Positions 27,045 through 37,066 of a DNA stretch of 64,000 nucleotides are shown here, in pieces. The translations under genes were made by a program, and so were the position numbers. Positions within the stretch are counted from its first letter, which is position 1. Each line of letters begins with the position of its first letter. The stretch spans positions 10,458 to 74,457 of the forward strand of contig JAUQVK010000044.1 of the NCBI GenBank assembly GCA_039794845.1. Reading direction: 5' to 3'. The DNA comes from Thermostichus sp. DRC_bins_24. Lineage in GTDB: Bacteria; Cyanobacteriota; Cyanobacteriia; Thermostichales; Thermostichaceae. Under the pieces are notes generated by a model. That model made no database searches and was not told the origin of the DNA. It was given only the letters and a program-made list of their open reading frames with translations.

Positions 27045-28262
27045 ATGTTGCCGGTTGCCGAAGCGGAGGCTCTGATTTTGCAAGCTGTTCAGCCCTTGGG
27101 CAGCGAGTGGGTAGAGCTGGGATCCGCCCAAAACCGTGTGCTCAGCCAGACCCTCCACAGCCCGCAAGATTTCCCCACCCAGCCCACCTCCAGCATGGAT
27201 GGCTATGCCGTGCGGTACGAAGATGTGCGACAGGGGATCCCTTGTGAGCTGCAGGTGATCGAGACCATTCCCGCCGGAAAAGCCCCCACAAGAGCGCTGC
27301 AAAGGGGGCAGGCGGCGCGCCTTTACACCGGTTCCGTCTTGCCCGTCGGTGCCGATACGGTGGTGATACAGGAGCACACGGAACGCCTCTCGGGGGAGAC
27401 CGTTCGCATTCTCCGAAGCCCGCAAGCGGGAGAATTTGTACGGCCTCGGGGGAGCTTTGCCGGTCAAGGGGATCCGATCCTAGAGGCCGGGCAACGCTTG
27501 GGAGGAGCAGAGCTAGCAGTCTTGGCAGCCATTCGGCAGGCGGTGGTGCCGGTGTTTCGTCAGCCACGGGTGGCGATTTTATCGACGGGGGATGAGCTGG
27601 TGCCCATCCAGCAGGTGCCGGGGCCGGGGCAGATCGTCGATTCCAACCAGTATGGCTTGGCGGCTTTGGTACGGGCGGCGGGTGGGATCCCGGTGAACCT
27701 GGGCATTGTGCCCGATCAGCCGCAGGTGTTGCGGGAGCGAATGCAGCAGGCCCTCGGATCTGCCGATGGGGTGATTTCTTCGGGTGGTGTGTCGGTGGGG
27801 GATTTTGACTATGTGGAAAAGCTCCTGGAGGAACTGGGGGGCGAGATCTTTATTCGCAGTGTGGCGATCAAGCCGGGCAAACCCCTGACGGTAGCCCGTT
27901 TTTCAAACCCGCACGGCCCTGCCAAACTGTATTTTGGCCTGCCGGGCAACCCCGCTTCTGCTTTGGTGACGTTCTGGCGCTTTTTGCACCCAGCCCTATT
28001 AAAAATGGGGGGATCCCCGCCCCCCTATTTGCAGTTCCTTTCTGCCACCAGTCCCGTTGCTCTGCACTCGGATGGCAAGCGCGAACACTATCTCTGGGGT
28101 AAATTGCACCTTAAGCCCGATCACGTTCAGTTTCAGCCCGCCAACAGCCACAATTCCGGTAACTTAATGAACCTAGCGGGATGCAATGCCTTGGCTGTTC
28201 TGGAGGTAGGCAGGACTCAAATCCCTGCGGGTTCGCCCCTTCAGGTGCTGCGGCTGCCCTGA
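27045..28262 (+). CDS. moeA: Molybdopterin molybdotransferase
   Basis: SSMDGYAV, TGSVLPVGADTVVIQE, STGDEL, SGGVSVGD, KPGKP, GLPGNP. Confidence 0.95.
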   Translation: MLPVAEAEALILQAVQPLGSEWVELGSAQNRVLSQTLHSPQDFPTQPTSSMDGYAVRYEDVRQGIPCELQVIETIPAGKAPTRALQRGQAARLYTGSVLPVGADTVVIQEHTERLSGETVRILRSPQAGEFVRPRGSFAGQGDPILEAGQRLGGAELAVLAAIRQAVVPVFRQPRVAILSTGDELVPIQQVPGPGQIVDSNQYGLAALVRAAGGIPVNLGIVPDQPQVLRERMQQALGSADGVISSGGVSVGDFDYVEKLLEELGGEIFIRSVAIKPGKPLTVARFSNPHGPAKLYFGLPGNPASALVTFWRFLHPALLKMGGSPPPYLQFLSATSPVALHSDGKREHYLWGKLHLKPDHVQFQPANSHNSGNLMNLAGCNALAVLEVGRTQIPAGSPLQVLRLP

Positions 28263-28366
28263 ACGGATCTGCAACCCTTTACTTTGCATTAGGACTATAT
28301 CGGAATTGGCTATCATGAGGTTAAGACTGTACCTGATCGTTTGGGCCGATTCGCGAACTCTTCACC

Positions 28367-28870
28367 ATGTCCACCTCCACTGCCACTTGCTCACCCCACA
28401 CGCCAAAAAGCGGCACCAAAAGCGAGCCTCTCAAACCCTCTGTGCTGGCTGCCCGTGAGCCCTTTTTGGGACTGTTGCGAGATTTGGCCCGGGCCTATCA
28501 AGCTTTTGAAAACTATTCTGGGGTGCATATTCGGCGGATGGGGCTTACCTCTCCCCAGTTCGATGTATTGGTTACCCTTGGCAACACCCCCGGTATGACC
28601 ATGAACGTCTTGGCCAAAAAAACGTTGGTAACCAAAGGTACTCTAACGGGCATTGTGGATCGCCTGGAGCAAAAGGGCTTGGTACGCCGGGAAGTGCCCC
28701 CGGAAAACCGTCGCTGCTTCAAGATCGTGCTCACAGAAGCGGGCGAAAAACTGTTTGAGGACATTTTCCCCGCCCACATTGCCCACCTAAAAGAACGCTT
28801 CCAAAAGCTGTCTCCCTCTGAGATTGCTCAAATCCAGGCCGCTCTGCAACGGCTGCACGCTGTTTTTTGA
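28367..28870 (+). CDS. MarR family transcriptional regulator
   Basis: GLTSPQFDVL, TLTGIVDRLEQKGLVRR, LTEAG. Confidence 0.9.
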   Translation: MSTSTATCSPHTPKSGTKSEPLKPSVLAAREPFLGLLRDLARAYQAFENYSGVHIRRMGLTSPQFDVLVTLGNTPGMTMNVLAKKTLVTKGTLTGIVDRLEQKGLVRREVPPENRRCFKIVLTEAGEKLFEDIFPAHIAHLKERFQKLSPSEIAQIQAALQRLHAVF

Positions 28871-28882
28871 AGGTTTCCCTTG

Positions 28883-29857
28883 CTAACTTTGCTCAAACAC
28901 CTGCCCCAAGGCCGCAGGTGGGGTAGCCTTCACCGATTGCTGAATCAGGCGGCGCAAACGGGGCGGGATCCCGCGCAGGCCATACTCCCACCATTCTCCT
29001 GAGGTGAGCACCAACACCAAGATCATCAGTACAAAGGGGGCAACTGTAAAAACCTGGGTGGGCACGGCACGAATTGTGGTTTGAGCCACACTGGCGAAGG
29101 ATTGCAAAATGCCGAACAAATAGGCCCCCAGGGCCGCTCGCAGGGGGTTCCAACCGCCGAAGATGACGATGGCCAGGGCAATCCAGCCATACCCGGCTGT
29201 ATGTCGGTGACTCCAGCCGGCCTTGAAATCCAAAGAAAAAGCCGCTCCGGCAAGGCCCAGCAGGGATCCCCCCAGCAGGGTGTAAAAATATCGCCAGAAT
29301 AGAACAGAAGTGCCTCGGGCAAAGGCTGCCGCCGGCTGTTCTCCTATGGCCCGCAACATTAAGCCGGGCCGAGTGCGATAAAAAAAGAACCAGGCCCCCA
29401 CAATCAGGGCATAGCTGGCGTACACCAGCAGATCTCCCCGGAAAAAAAGTGGCCCCAACAGCGGTACATCTCTCAAAAACGGAACGGGCAGGCTTGGCAC
29501 AGTGGGTCCCGGGATCCGCACAAACGGGTTCCCCAAGAAAGAAGACAAATCCGCCCCCAACAAGGCCAACACAAAGCCAATGGCAATTTGGGATCCCTTG
29601 AGACTAAGGGAGCCAAAGGCAACGATCAGCGCAAACAAAGCCCCTACCGCGGCGGCGGCCAAAAATCCCAATCCCAAACTCCCGGTTAACTTGGCCACCG
29701 CAAACCCTACCATGGCGGCCAGCATGATCGTCCCCTCCGCCGAGAGATTGATCACCCCCGCCCGCTCGGTAATGGTCTCCCCCACACTGGCAAAGACCAG
29801 CGGTGTGGCGGTGGTAACAGCGGTAGAGAGAATGGCGATCAGTTGAGCGGTGTTCAT
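28883..29857 (-). CDS. Sugar/nucleoside ABC transporter permease (BPD_transp_2)
   Basis: TPLVFASVGETITERAGVINLSAEG, AGYGWIALAIVIFGGWNP. Confidence 0.88.
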   Translation of the reverse strand: MNTAQLIAILSTAVTTATPLVFASVGETITERAGVINLSAEGTIMLAAMVGFAVAKLTGSLGLGFLAAAAVGALFALIVAFGSLSLKGSQIAIGFVLALLGADLSSFLGNPFVRIPGPTVPSLPVPFLRDVPLLGPLFFRGDLLVYASYALIVGAWFFFYRTRPGLMLRAIGEQPAAAFARGTSVLFWRYFYTLLGGSLLGLAGAAFSLDFKAGWSHRHTAGYGWIALAIVIFGGWNPLRAALGAYLFGILQSFASVAQTTIRAVPTQVFTVAPFVLMILVLVLTSGEWWEYGLRGIPPRLRRLIQQSVKATPPAALGQVFEQS

Positions 29858-29925
29858 GGTTTGCTCATTTCATCGGGTCATCACCGGATCATCACCGGTC
29901 ATTGGGGCATCATCGGGTCATCGCC

Positions 29926-30213
29926 CTAGCCTAGCACCCAGAGCATCAGAGCCACCCCCAGGGTGACAGCGCCGAACAGAGCATAGCTTACCCGACGCAG
30001 CGGCTTCAGTTGCATGGCGTGCAGGGTTTTTAGCCAGCCCAACCCCAACGAGTCCACAAAACGATCCAATACCGTTTGCATCGGGTAAGCGTAGACCGAT
30101 TCGCTCTCCTTGAAGTTCACCAGCAAAATCAGCAGTGTGGCATAACCCCAGAGACTGCCCCAGAGTACCGCACTCAACCCGATCAAGATTGGCTCGAGCA
30201 TCTCTCTCCCCAT
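29926..30213 (-). CDS. Small hypothetical membrane protein
   Basis: 95 aa, two TMs, GAGG RBS. Confidence 0.6.
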   Translation of the reverse strand: MGREMLEPILIGLSAVLWGSLWGYATLLILLVNFKESESVYAYPMQTVLDRFVDSLGLGWLKTLHAMQLKPLRRVSYALFGAVTLGVALMLWVLG

Positions 30214-30461
30214 GCCTCCTCAAGCCCAGTTGCAGCCGACCCGTCCGGAAATCGATTAGCTCTCATTGTCTAGCTCTTTTTCCGGTTTGAGCTAGGGTAG
30301 AGGTCATTGCCTATGATTGGATTGAGCAGTGAGAAGAGTAGATAGAGCGCAGGCCCCTCTGAACCTGCGCTGCATCGCCGGGCAATGTTGGCGTAGCCTT
30401 CTGTGGGCATAGCGGTTCACGCTGGGCTCAGGGCTGTTGGATTTGTCTGCTGGGTCTGTCT

Positions 30462-31085
30462 ATGCCTAATGATCCGCTGGCTCAGGAAAAAGAGGCTCTT
30501 CTGCGCGCCTTAGAAATCACGAACCGTGGCCGTCAGGTATCGCCTGAGCGCCGGCCAGCTCTTCTGGCACAAATTGCCGCTCTCGAAGCCCGTAACCCTA
30601 CCCCCAACCCGGTATCTGCCCCCGAACTGCTGGAGGGCAACTGGCTCACCCTATTCACCACCAGTGGGGATCTCCTGCGACTGGCCAACAGCCTACCCTT
30701 CGTAACGACGGGGGAAATCTATCAGTGCATTCGGGCCAAAACCGGCCAGGTGTTTAATGTGGCGGAGATACAGGGATCCGGTTGGCTGAGGGCTTGGGTG
30801 CCGCGGGGTATTTTCGCGGTGTCGGCACGGTTCAAACCCGCATCGGAATGCCGCGTTGAGGTGAGGTTCGAGCGGTTTGTGCTTGGATCCCAGGCGGTAA
30901 TGAACTACGAAATCAACAGTTTTCTCTATCTGCTGGAACATGCTCCCGAGCGGATCCCGGCTTTGAAGATCGACATTCGCCGCCGGGAACAAACCGGTTG
31001 GCTGGATATTACTTATCTGGATGAGGACTTACGGATTGGCCGGGGCAGCGAAGGCAGCCTCTTTGTTTTGCAAAAAGTGACCTGA
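30462..31085 (+). CDS. PAP/fibrillin family protein
   Basis: LEARNPTP, LEGNW, GWLDITYLDEDLRIGRG. Confidence 0.9.
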   Translation: MPNDPLAQEKEALLRALEITNRGRQVSPERRPALLAQIAALEARNPTPNPVSAPELLEGNWLTLFTTSGDLLRLANSLPFVTTGEIYQCIRAKTGQVFNVAEIQGSGWLRAWVPRGIFAVSARFKPASECRVEVRFERFVLGSQAVMNYEINSFLYLLEHAPERIPALKIDIRRREQTGWLDITYLDEDLRIGRGSEGSLFVLQKVT

Positions 31086-31123
31086 GTTTACAGGGAAGGG
31101 ATCCCCAGGGGGATCCCGACAGT

Positions 31124-31214
31124 TATAGTCATTGCAATTGAAGCTGAAACAGATCCCTCACCCCCGACCCCTCTCCCAGGACGGGAGAGGGGAGTCAAAT
31201 TTGGAGTGACTGTA
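31124..31214. repeat. REP/MITE-like dispersed repeat, copy A
   Basis: Ends TATAGTCA...TGACTGTA; core GCTGAAACAG..CCCTCACCCC..CTCTCCC-GGGAGAG hairpin. Confidence 0.65.
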
Positions 31215-31234
31215 TCACCGGCCGAGGCCAGAAG

Positions 31235-31903
31235 CTAGAAGCCCCGTTCAGCAGCCATGAGGTGCATGGCAGCGCGGGCAGTATGGCGGGCAGCACGGCT
31301 CCAGGTGTAGTCGCTGAAGCTATAGCTGCCGGGATTAGTACTGACTTGGCTCAGGAGTTGCTCCGCTTGGTTCGCTAGGGTGGAGACTCTGCCGTTGCGG
31401 TTACCGTAGAAGGCCAGCTCAGCCTCTAGGCGGGTCAGATATTCCTGGGCGCGGAAGGGGGCCTCGAAGAAGGAGCGGCTGGGGCGGCGATCCACAAAGC
31501 CGGTTTGCCCCTCGTAGAGAGCATTGGCGGCCTTGAAGAGGTTATCGGCAGCTTTGGCGGCCTCTCTGGCGGCAAAAAAGTCGCCCGCCTGGAAGGAAGC
31601 CCGTGCCTCGGCTAGGGTTTGCCGCCCCAGATCCGTTAGGGTGGCCGCTTCGGAGGAAGATAGCCGCTGCGCGAAAAACTCCGCTTGTAGCTGGGAGCGT
31701 TCGGCTTTGGCCAGATCTCGGCCGGCGCGATTCAGGGCTCGCTGATCCAACAGCATCCCTTGAGAAATCTGAGGCTGCTGGACTGCCGGGGAAGAACTCC
31801 GCCCCCGCTGGGCTGTAGCCGGAGAGACCAACAACAGCGGGGTAAGCAAAGCCAACAAGGGCAGGAGACGAGTATGGTTGCGGTTCAACGTGGGGTTCAC
31901 CAT
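31235..31903 (-). CDS. Exported alpha-helical hypothetical protein
   Basis: ATG 31903; signal peptide ...LLVSPATA; Ala-rich helical body. Confidence 0.65.
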   Translation of the reverse strand: MVNPTLNRNHTRLLPLLALLTPLLLVSPATAQRGRSSSPAVQQPQISQGMLLDQRALNRAGRDLAKAERSQLQAEFFAQRLSSSEAATLTDLGRQTLAEARASFQAGDFFAAREAAKAADNLFKAANALYEGQTGFVDRRPSRSFFEAPFRAQEYLTRLEAELAFYGNRNGRVSTLANQAEQLLSQVSTNPGSYSFSDYTWSRAARHTARAAMHLMAAERGF

Positions 31904-32003
31904 AGGAGGGCTCCTAAGACATGAGACAACATGAGTGGGAACAAGGCCGCTCGAACCGGATCGGAGATTTTGTAACCAAAGCCGGTGGCGGGATCCACTC
32001 CCA

Positions 32004-33320
32004 TCAGCCGGATGGTTCCACCGAAGTCTGAGCGGCACATTCCCAAGATGCAAGGGAAAGATGACGAGAATGTGACAGCGGCAATTGCAAGGTGAATTGG
32101 GATCCCTTGCCCACTTGGCTGCTGATTTGCAGGGATCCTCCGTGGGCCGTGGCAATCTGCTTCACCAGGGCCAATCCCAGCCCGAACCCCCCCGTATGCC
32201 GTGCCCGTGCCTCATCCACCCGGTAAAACCGCTCCCCCAAGTGGGGCAGATGCTCCGCAGGAATGCCAATGCCCGTATCAGCAACCCCAATTTCTAGCCA
32301 GCGATTCCGGGGGGTCAAACTAAGGCAAACGGATCCCCCGGCCGGGGTGTACTGCAGGGCATTTCTGAGGAGATTGTCGATGGCTTGGCGCAGCAGATGG
32401 CGCTCTCCGCGCACCCGCCAGGTTCCGGTCGGAATCTCGCACACCCATGTCAGCCCTTGCGCTTGGGCCTGGGGCTGGTAGAACTGACTCAACTCCTGAA
32501 ATAACTGGGGCAGATCGACCTCCGGCAATTGGTGCACATCCAAAGATCCCTCATGGCGGGCCAAGGTGAGCAGAGTTTCCACCAGCAAACTCATGCGGCG
32601 GGTAGTGTTCACGACCTTTTCCAGACGGTGCTGAGCTTGCTCGGGAGATAAAATCCCCACTTGAGCATTGCTCATTAGGGCCGCCAAGGGAGCCCGCAAT
32701 TCGTGGGAAGCATCGGCAGTGAACCGTTGTAACTGGAGGTAGGAGCGGCGAATCGGCTGCATGGCCAGGCCCCCCAGGATCCAGCCTGCCCCCGCAATCA
32801 AAGCCAAGGTTCCCGGCACCCCCAGCACCAACATCCAGCGCAAGCGGGCCAAACTCACCTGCAACGGGGCTAGGGGCACCGCCATCTGCAAATAGCCGAT
32901 TAACTGTTCCTCCTGTTGCACCGGGATGGTGAGCTGGCGCAGGGATCCCAAGGTTTTGAACCCCGGCGAGTCGGATAAGACCCTTTCCGGTCGGGATCCC
33001 ACGTACTGCCGCAGGGATCCGTCGGCCTCAAACCAACGCACATAAGCCAGATCATTGCTGATCGGCTGGCTTTTGCCCCCCAAAAAGGGAACCTCATGCA
33101 GCACCACCCGCCGCTGGCCTTGGCGCAATTCCACCTTCACCGCCGACACCATCACCGCGGCTTTCGCCTGCAAATCCTCATCGAAGGCCCGCAACTGATT
33201 GTGGGACTCCCAGGTGTAAAGGGAGCTGGCAAACACCACCAAAATCCCGCCCATGACTGCGGTAAAACTACCCGCCAACTGGCGACGACTGCGGTTAAAC
33301 AGTTGGGAGGGAGTTTCCAT
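32004..33320 (-). CDS. Two-component sensor histidine kinase
   Basis: Two TMs; FTADASHELRAPL H-box; NALQYT, DTGIGI, GFGLGL. Confidence 0.93.
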   Translation of the reverse strand: METPSQLFNRSRRQLAGSFTAVMGGILVVFASSLYTWESHNQLRAFDEDLQAKAAVMVSAVKVELRQGQRRVVLHEVPFLGGKSQPISNDLAYVRWFEADGSLRQYVGSRPERVLSDSPGFKTLGSLRQLTIPVQQEEQLIGYLQMAVPLAPLQVSLARLRWMLVLGVPGTLALIAGAGWILGGLAMQPIRRSYLQLQRFTADASHELRAPLAALMSNAQVGILSPEQAQHRLEKVVNTTRRMSLLVETLLTLARHEGSLDVHQLPEVDLPQLFQELSQFYQPQAQAQGLTWVCEIPTGTWRVRGERHLLRQAIDNLLRNALQYTPAGGSVCLSLTPRNRWLEIGVADTGIGIPAEHLPHLGERFYRVDEARARHTGGFGLGLALVKQIATAHGGSLQISSQVGKGSQFTLQLPLSHSRHLSLASWECAAQTSVEPSG

Positions 33321-33379
33321 ACTTATGACTCACACATCACCGACAGTTCCTGCATTAACCTGCAACGAGCTACAACTTC

Positions 33380-34063
33380 TCAGGTATCTCCGGGTGGGAT
33401 CCTCAGGCGATAGCCCTGACCGTAGACCGACTCAATCCACTCCTGGGCCTCCACCTCCTTTAACCGTAACCGCAGCCGCCGCACAAGCGCCGTGACCGCA
33501 TTGCTCTCCGGCTCGGATCCCCACTCCCACAGCGATTGCTCGATCTGCCCGCGACCCATCACCTGGTCTGGGTGACGCATCAGATATTCCATCAATTGAA
33601 ATTCTTTGCCCGAAAGCTGCACTTCTCGTCCTTGCCGCTCCACCCGTAAGCTGGTCAGATGCAGCTGCAGGGATCCCAGGGCCAGTGTATCCCCCCGCCA
33701 CTGGGGCGAACGGCGCCCCAAGGCCCGCACTCGTGCCAACAGTTCCACCACATCGACGGGCTTAACCAAATAATCATCCGCCCCTGCATCCAAGCCCTGC
33801 ACCACGTCCTGGGTGGTATCTTTGGCGGTTAGCATCAGCACCGGCGCGGCCCCCTGCTTTTGCCGATACTGGCGACACAACTGCACCCCACTCTGCAAGG
33901 GCACCATCCAGTCCAAAATCAACAGGTCATAGCTTTTTTCCTCCAGCAACCAGGCGGCGGTCTCCCCTTCTCGAACCGGATCCACCACATGTCCGGATCC
34001 CTGCAGCGCTGCCTGCAGAGGCTCTAGCTGTTCGGGATCATCCTCCAGTAACAAAATGCGCAC
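33380..34063 (-). CDS. OmpR-family response regulator (RppA/CopR-like)
   Basis: LLLEDD, ILDWMVP, GADDYLVKP, winged helix ESVYGQGY. Confidence 0.93.
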   Translation of the reverse strand: MRILLLEDDPEQLEPLQAALQGSGHVVDPVREGETAAWLLEEKSYDLLILDWMVPLQSGVQLCRQYRQKQGAAPVLMLTAKDTTQDVVQGLDAGADDYLVKPVDVVELLARVRALGRRSPQWRGDTLALGSLQLHLTSLRVERQGREVQLSGKEFQLMEYLMRHPDQVMGRGQIEQSLWEWGSEPESNAVTALVRRLRLRLKEVEAQEWIESVYGQGYRLRIPPGDT

Positions 34064-34132
34064 GCCACAGCTCCACGCTACTTAGGCTAGGATCGGCACA
34101 GTTGACAGCCTTTTGCAAGGAAAGATTCCGCC

Positions 34133-34531
34133 GTGTTGCCGAGGAGCACGCGCCACCTACACCATCTTCTGCACCGGCTGGGCTCAGAGTTTTGGTTGCC
34201 CTTGCCTCTGGTGGGGCTTTTGTTTGGAGTGGGGGGACAGTGGGTTACGGAACAGGCCCTTAGCCAACCGCGACCTCTGGAGCAGCCCCTGACCATTACC
34301 AGTCAGCAGCAGGCCACCTTGGTTTTGGATATCTTGGCCATCGAAGCTGAGATCCGGGTGAATCGGGGCTACACCAAAGTGGATGTCACCACGTCCAGCC
34401 CTGTCTTGCGGAAATTGGAGTATGAGTTTACGGAGCTCGATCCCGACCAAGTGACGTTCAACTTAGCCCAACAGCTTGGTTTGACAACCCAGCAGGTAGA
34501 GCGCCTCACCCGCTATCGCTTCAGCGACTAA
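34133..34531 (+). CDS. Hypothetical membrane-anchored protein
   Basis: 132 aa; EFWLPLPLVGLLF TM; divergent from the response regulator. Confidence 0.6.
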   Translation: MLPRSTRHLHHLLHRLGSEFWLPLPLVGLLFGVGGQWVTEQALSQPRPLEQPLTITSQQQATLVLDILAIEAEIRVNRGYTKVDVTTSSPVLRKLEYEFTELDPDQVTFNLAQQLGLTTQQVERLTRYRFSD

Positions 34532-34535
34532 GGAT

Positions 34536-35561
34536 TCAAACTCCAGCCCGCCGCTGTTCGGTTTCTCCATGAGCCTTCAACAGAGCCGCCAGCTTGCGCC
34601 GCATGATGATGCCCGGCTTATCGGAGGCCATGTGTTGCTCGGCTTGGATGTCGAGGGGGGTGTCGTAGTCGGTGGTCTCTAGCACTACCCGGTCTTCTTC
34701 GGTCACCTGGCGGTCGTAGGCGATGATGTCGGCGGCTTTGGCCTGTTCTTCCGTGTCGTTGCGATAGACGAACTGAACCAACTGGATGTGGCTGTCATCG
34801 ATAGGGGTAGCGGCTGAGAAGATCAGGTGATGCAGACCGTTGGGATAGTGAATCTTAAGCGTACGGGCAAAGGGCATATACCAACGGCGCACATTGGTGC
34901 GGATGGTTTTTTCCGCGTCGATATTCAGATTCTTTTTCTGCATCTCCGGGTTGAGCACCTCCATCCAGTGGCGTACCAGCAGGCCATCCTCCAGCTCCCT
35001 CACCTCATCGAGGGGCGGCGGCACCGGGTTGGACTGATCCCCATGGGTGATGCCAAGGCCATGCACAAAGTGGGGGTGGGCGCTGTCGAAGGAGTTTTCC
35101 ATAAAGCGCAAGCTGCTACAGGCCCACGGCTCGTAAAACTCGTGGATGTACCGATAACCGGGATCCGCCGCTTCAGGAATCTCGGGAATGGGCAGCAAGG
35201 GATCCGCCAGAGCCACCCAAGCATAACCATAGCGCTCTTGGCACTGAAACCCAGAAACCCTGTAAGTGCGAGGGATGAAGTCTTCCGTGAGCTGGGGCAC
35301 CTTCACACAGGCGCCGGAACCGTCAAATTCCCAGCCGTGGTAAGGACAGCGAATGTGGCCATTGCAGACGATCCCCTTGGAAAGCTGGGCCGAACGATGA
35401 CAACAGCGATCCTCTACAGCGGCTGGCTTGCCTGCTTGATCCAGCCACAACACCAACGGTTGCCCGAGCAAGGTAAACGATTGCGGCCCCTCTTGCAGGA
35501 GGGATATGGGCATCACCGGATACCAGAAGCGCTTGAGGACGGGCTGTCGGGTGACCAGCAT
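34536..35561 (-). CDS. Rieske non-heme iron oxygenase alpha subunit (VanA/NdmA-like)
   Basis: DRCCHR and CPYHGW Rieske motifs; ENSFDSAHPHFVH; EDR. Confidence 0.9.
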   Translation of the reverse strand: MLVTRQPVLKRFWYPVMPISLLQEGPQSFTLLGQPLVLWLDQAGKPAAVEDRCCHRSAQLSKGIVCNGHIRCPYHGWEFDGSGACVKVPQLTEDFIPRTYRVSGFQCQERYGYAWVALADPLLPIPEIPEAADPGYRYIHEFYEPWACSSLRFMENSFDSAHPHFVHGLGITHGDQSNPVPPPLDEVRELEDGLLVRHWMEVLNPEMQKKNLNIDAEKTIRTNVRRWYMPFARTLKIHYPNGLHHLIFSAATPIDDSHIQLVQFVYRNDTEEQAKAADIIAYDRQVTEEDRVVLETTDYDTPLDIQAEQHMASDKPGIIMRRKLAALLKAHGETEQRRAGV

Positions 35562-35610
35562 GGCGTTGTTCTCCTTTGACCTATCCGACCTATCCAATCA
35601 ATGTGAAACG

Positions 35611-35664
35611 GGTAATACTCTAAATAGGTAATTCTAAATAGGTAATACTCTAAATATCTAAATA
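35611..35664. repeat. AT-rich short tandem repeat upstream of the Rieske gene
   Basis: GGTAATACTCTAAATA / GGTAATTCTAAATA / GGTAATACTCTAAATA / TCTAAATA. Confidence 0.8.
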
Positions 35665-35815
35665 TATGTACTTTAGTGATTCAGTCCTAAAACACCCTGC
35701 ATAGGGTTTTTAGGCATTCATCTCCTCAAAGGCAAGCCCCGAAGGCATGGCAGCCATAGTAAAGAGGAGCAGTCCACCATTCCGTATTCCTAGTAACAAT
35801 GGCTGGCCTAGCCGG

Positions 35816-36847
35816 TCAGAGAAGGGTAGAGGCGTAGCTGGCGGCCCCCATCAACCCCACCTGCGCATTCACCACCACCTGCACGGATAGCTGCTCTAAC
35901 AGGGGCCGCATCCGCCCTTTATCCAAAAAAGAGGGCAAAAACTCCCCCTGATGCAGCAGGCGCAAGAGTTTGGGGGCAATGCCTCCGGCGATGAATAGCC
36001 CCCCCCGAGGCAACAACTGCAGGGCAAAATTTCCCGCCGTGGCACCATACAGGCTGATGAACAGCCGCAAGCACTCCACCGCCAAGGGATCCCGTGCCTC
36101 CATGGCTGCGTTGGCGATTTGAGCTGCCGGATCAAGATGTTCAGCGCCCTTTTCCCAGGCTTCAATCTGGGCGAGCAACTGCTCCTCTCCCCGGCCCCAG
36201 TGGCTGTCTCGCAAAAACTGATAAATGGCAACAATCCCCTGTCCGGAGACCACCCGCTCGGTGGAAATGCGCCCGTGCCGTTTTTGCAAATACTTCAACA
36301 GCTCCCATTCCAGGGGGGTACGGGGGGAAAAATCCACGTGTCCTCCTTCGCTGGGGTGAACCTGGTAGCAGTCTTCTCCCCAGGTGAGGTAGGCCTGACC
36401 CAAGCCTGTGCCTGCCCCAATCACTCCAATCGGAGCCTTGGGCTGCCGTTCGCCCGCTTGCAATGTATCCAGATCGTCGTCTTTCAGGGTGAGCACGCCG
36501 TACCCCACTGCGCTGAAGTCGTTGATCAAGGATACATGGGGGATCCCCAATTCTGTCGCCAACTGGCTCGATTGCAGACTCCAGGGCAGGTTCGTCACTT
36601 TGGCGGTTTGTGAATCATTTTGCTCCAGCACCGGGCCGGCAATGGCAAAGCAGGCGGCAACAGGCCGGGGATCCCAACCCAACTCCTGCTGAGCTTGTGC
36701 CAGAAACGCCTGCACGATCGGGACAAGGCTGGGGTAATGCTGGCTGGAATACTGACAACGCCACAGGCTATGCTCTGGGGTTCTGGCATCGGCAAGGCTA
36801 AGTCTGGTCTTGGTGCCGCCGATGTCTCCTGCCAGTAGCAAGCTCAT
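35816..36847 (-). CDS. glk: Glucokinase
   Basis: LAGDIGGTKT, LINDF, GAGTGLG, SEGGH, GGIAPK. Confidence 0.95.
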   Translation of the reverse strand: MSLLLAGDIGGTKTRLSLADARTPEHSLWRCQYSSQHYPSLVPIVQAFLAQAQQELGWDPRPVAACFAIAGPVLEQNDSQTAKVTNLPWSLQSSQLATELGIPHVSLINDFSAVGYGVLTLKDDDLDTLQAGERQPKAPIGVIGAGTGLGQAYLTWGEDCYQVHPSEGGHVDFSPRTPLEWELLKYLQKRHGRISTERVVSGQGIVAIYQFLRDSHWGRGEEQLLAQIEAWEKGAEHLDPAAQIANAAMEARDPLAVECLRLFISLYGATAGNFALQLLPRGGLFIAGGIAPKLLRLLHQGEFLPSFLDKGRMRPLLEQLSVQVVVNAQVGLMGAASYASTLL

Positions 36848-37066
36848 CCTGTTTCCTCCTGCCAGTGCCTACGCTCCCACCCTGACATCCCTGAGGAGAG
36901 AATGCCAATCTCAGCTCAAGGGTGTGCAGGAATCCGCAGCCGAATCTGTTCCTTGTCTGGGATCCCTAGAAATCCAGATTTGCCATCAATTTGCCATCAA
37001 ACAGAGGACGGGCAAGGGCAGAGAAGATGCTATGTTAACTGATGTAAAGCTTTTTAATATTGCATT

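Noticed and set aside
30346..30371. GCGCAGG/CCTGCGC hairpin as a riboswitch or ncRNA
   Set aside because: A single short stem with no recognisable conserved aptamer motif
31904..32155. Extended 306-aa version of the secreted protein
   Set aside because: Overlaps the kinase 3' end, and the signal peptide begins at ATG 31903
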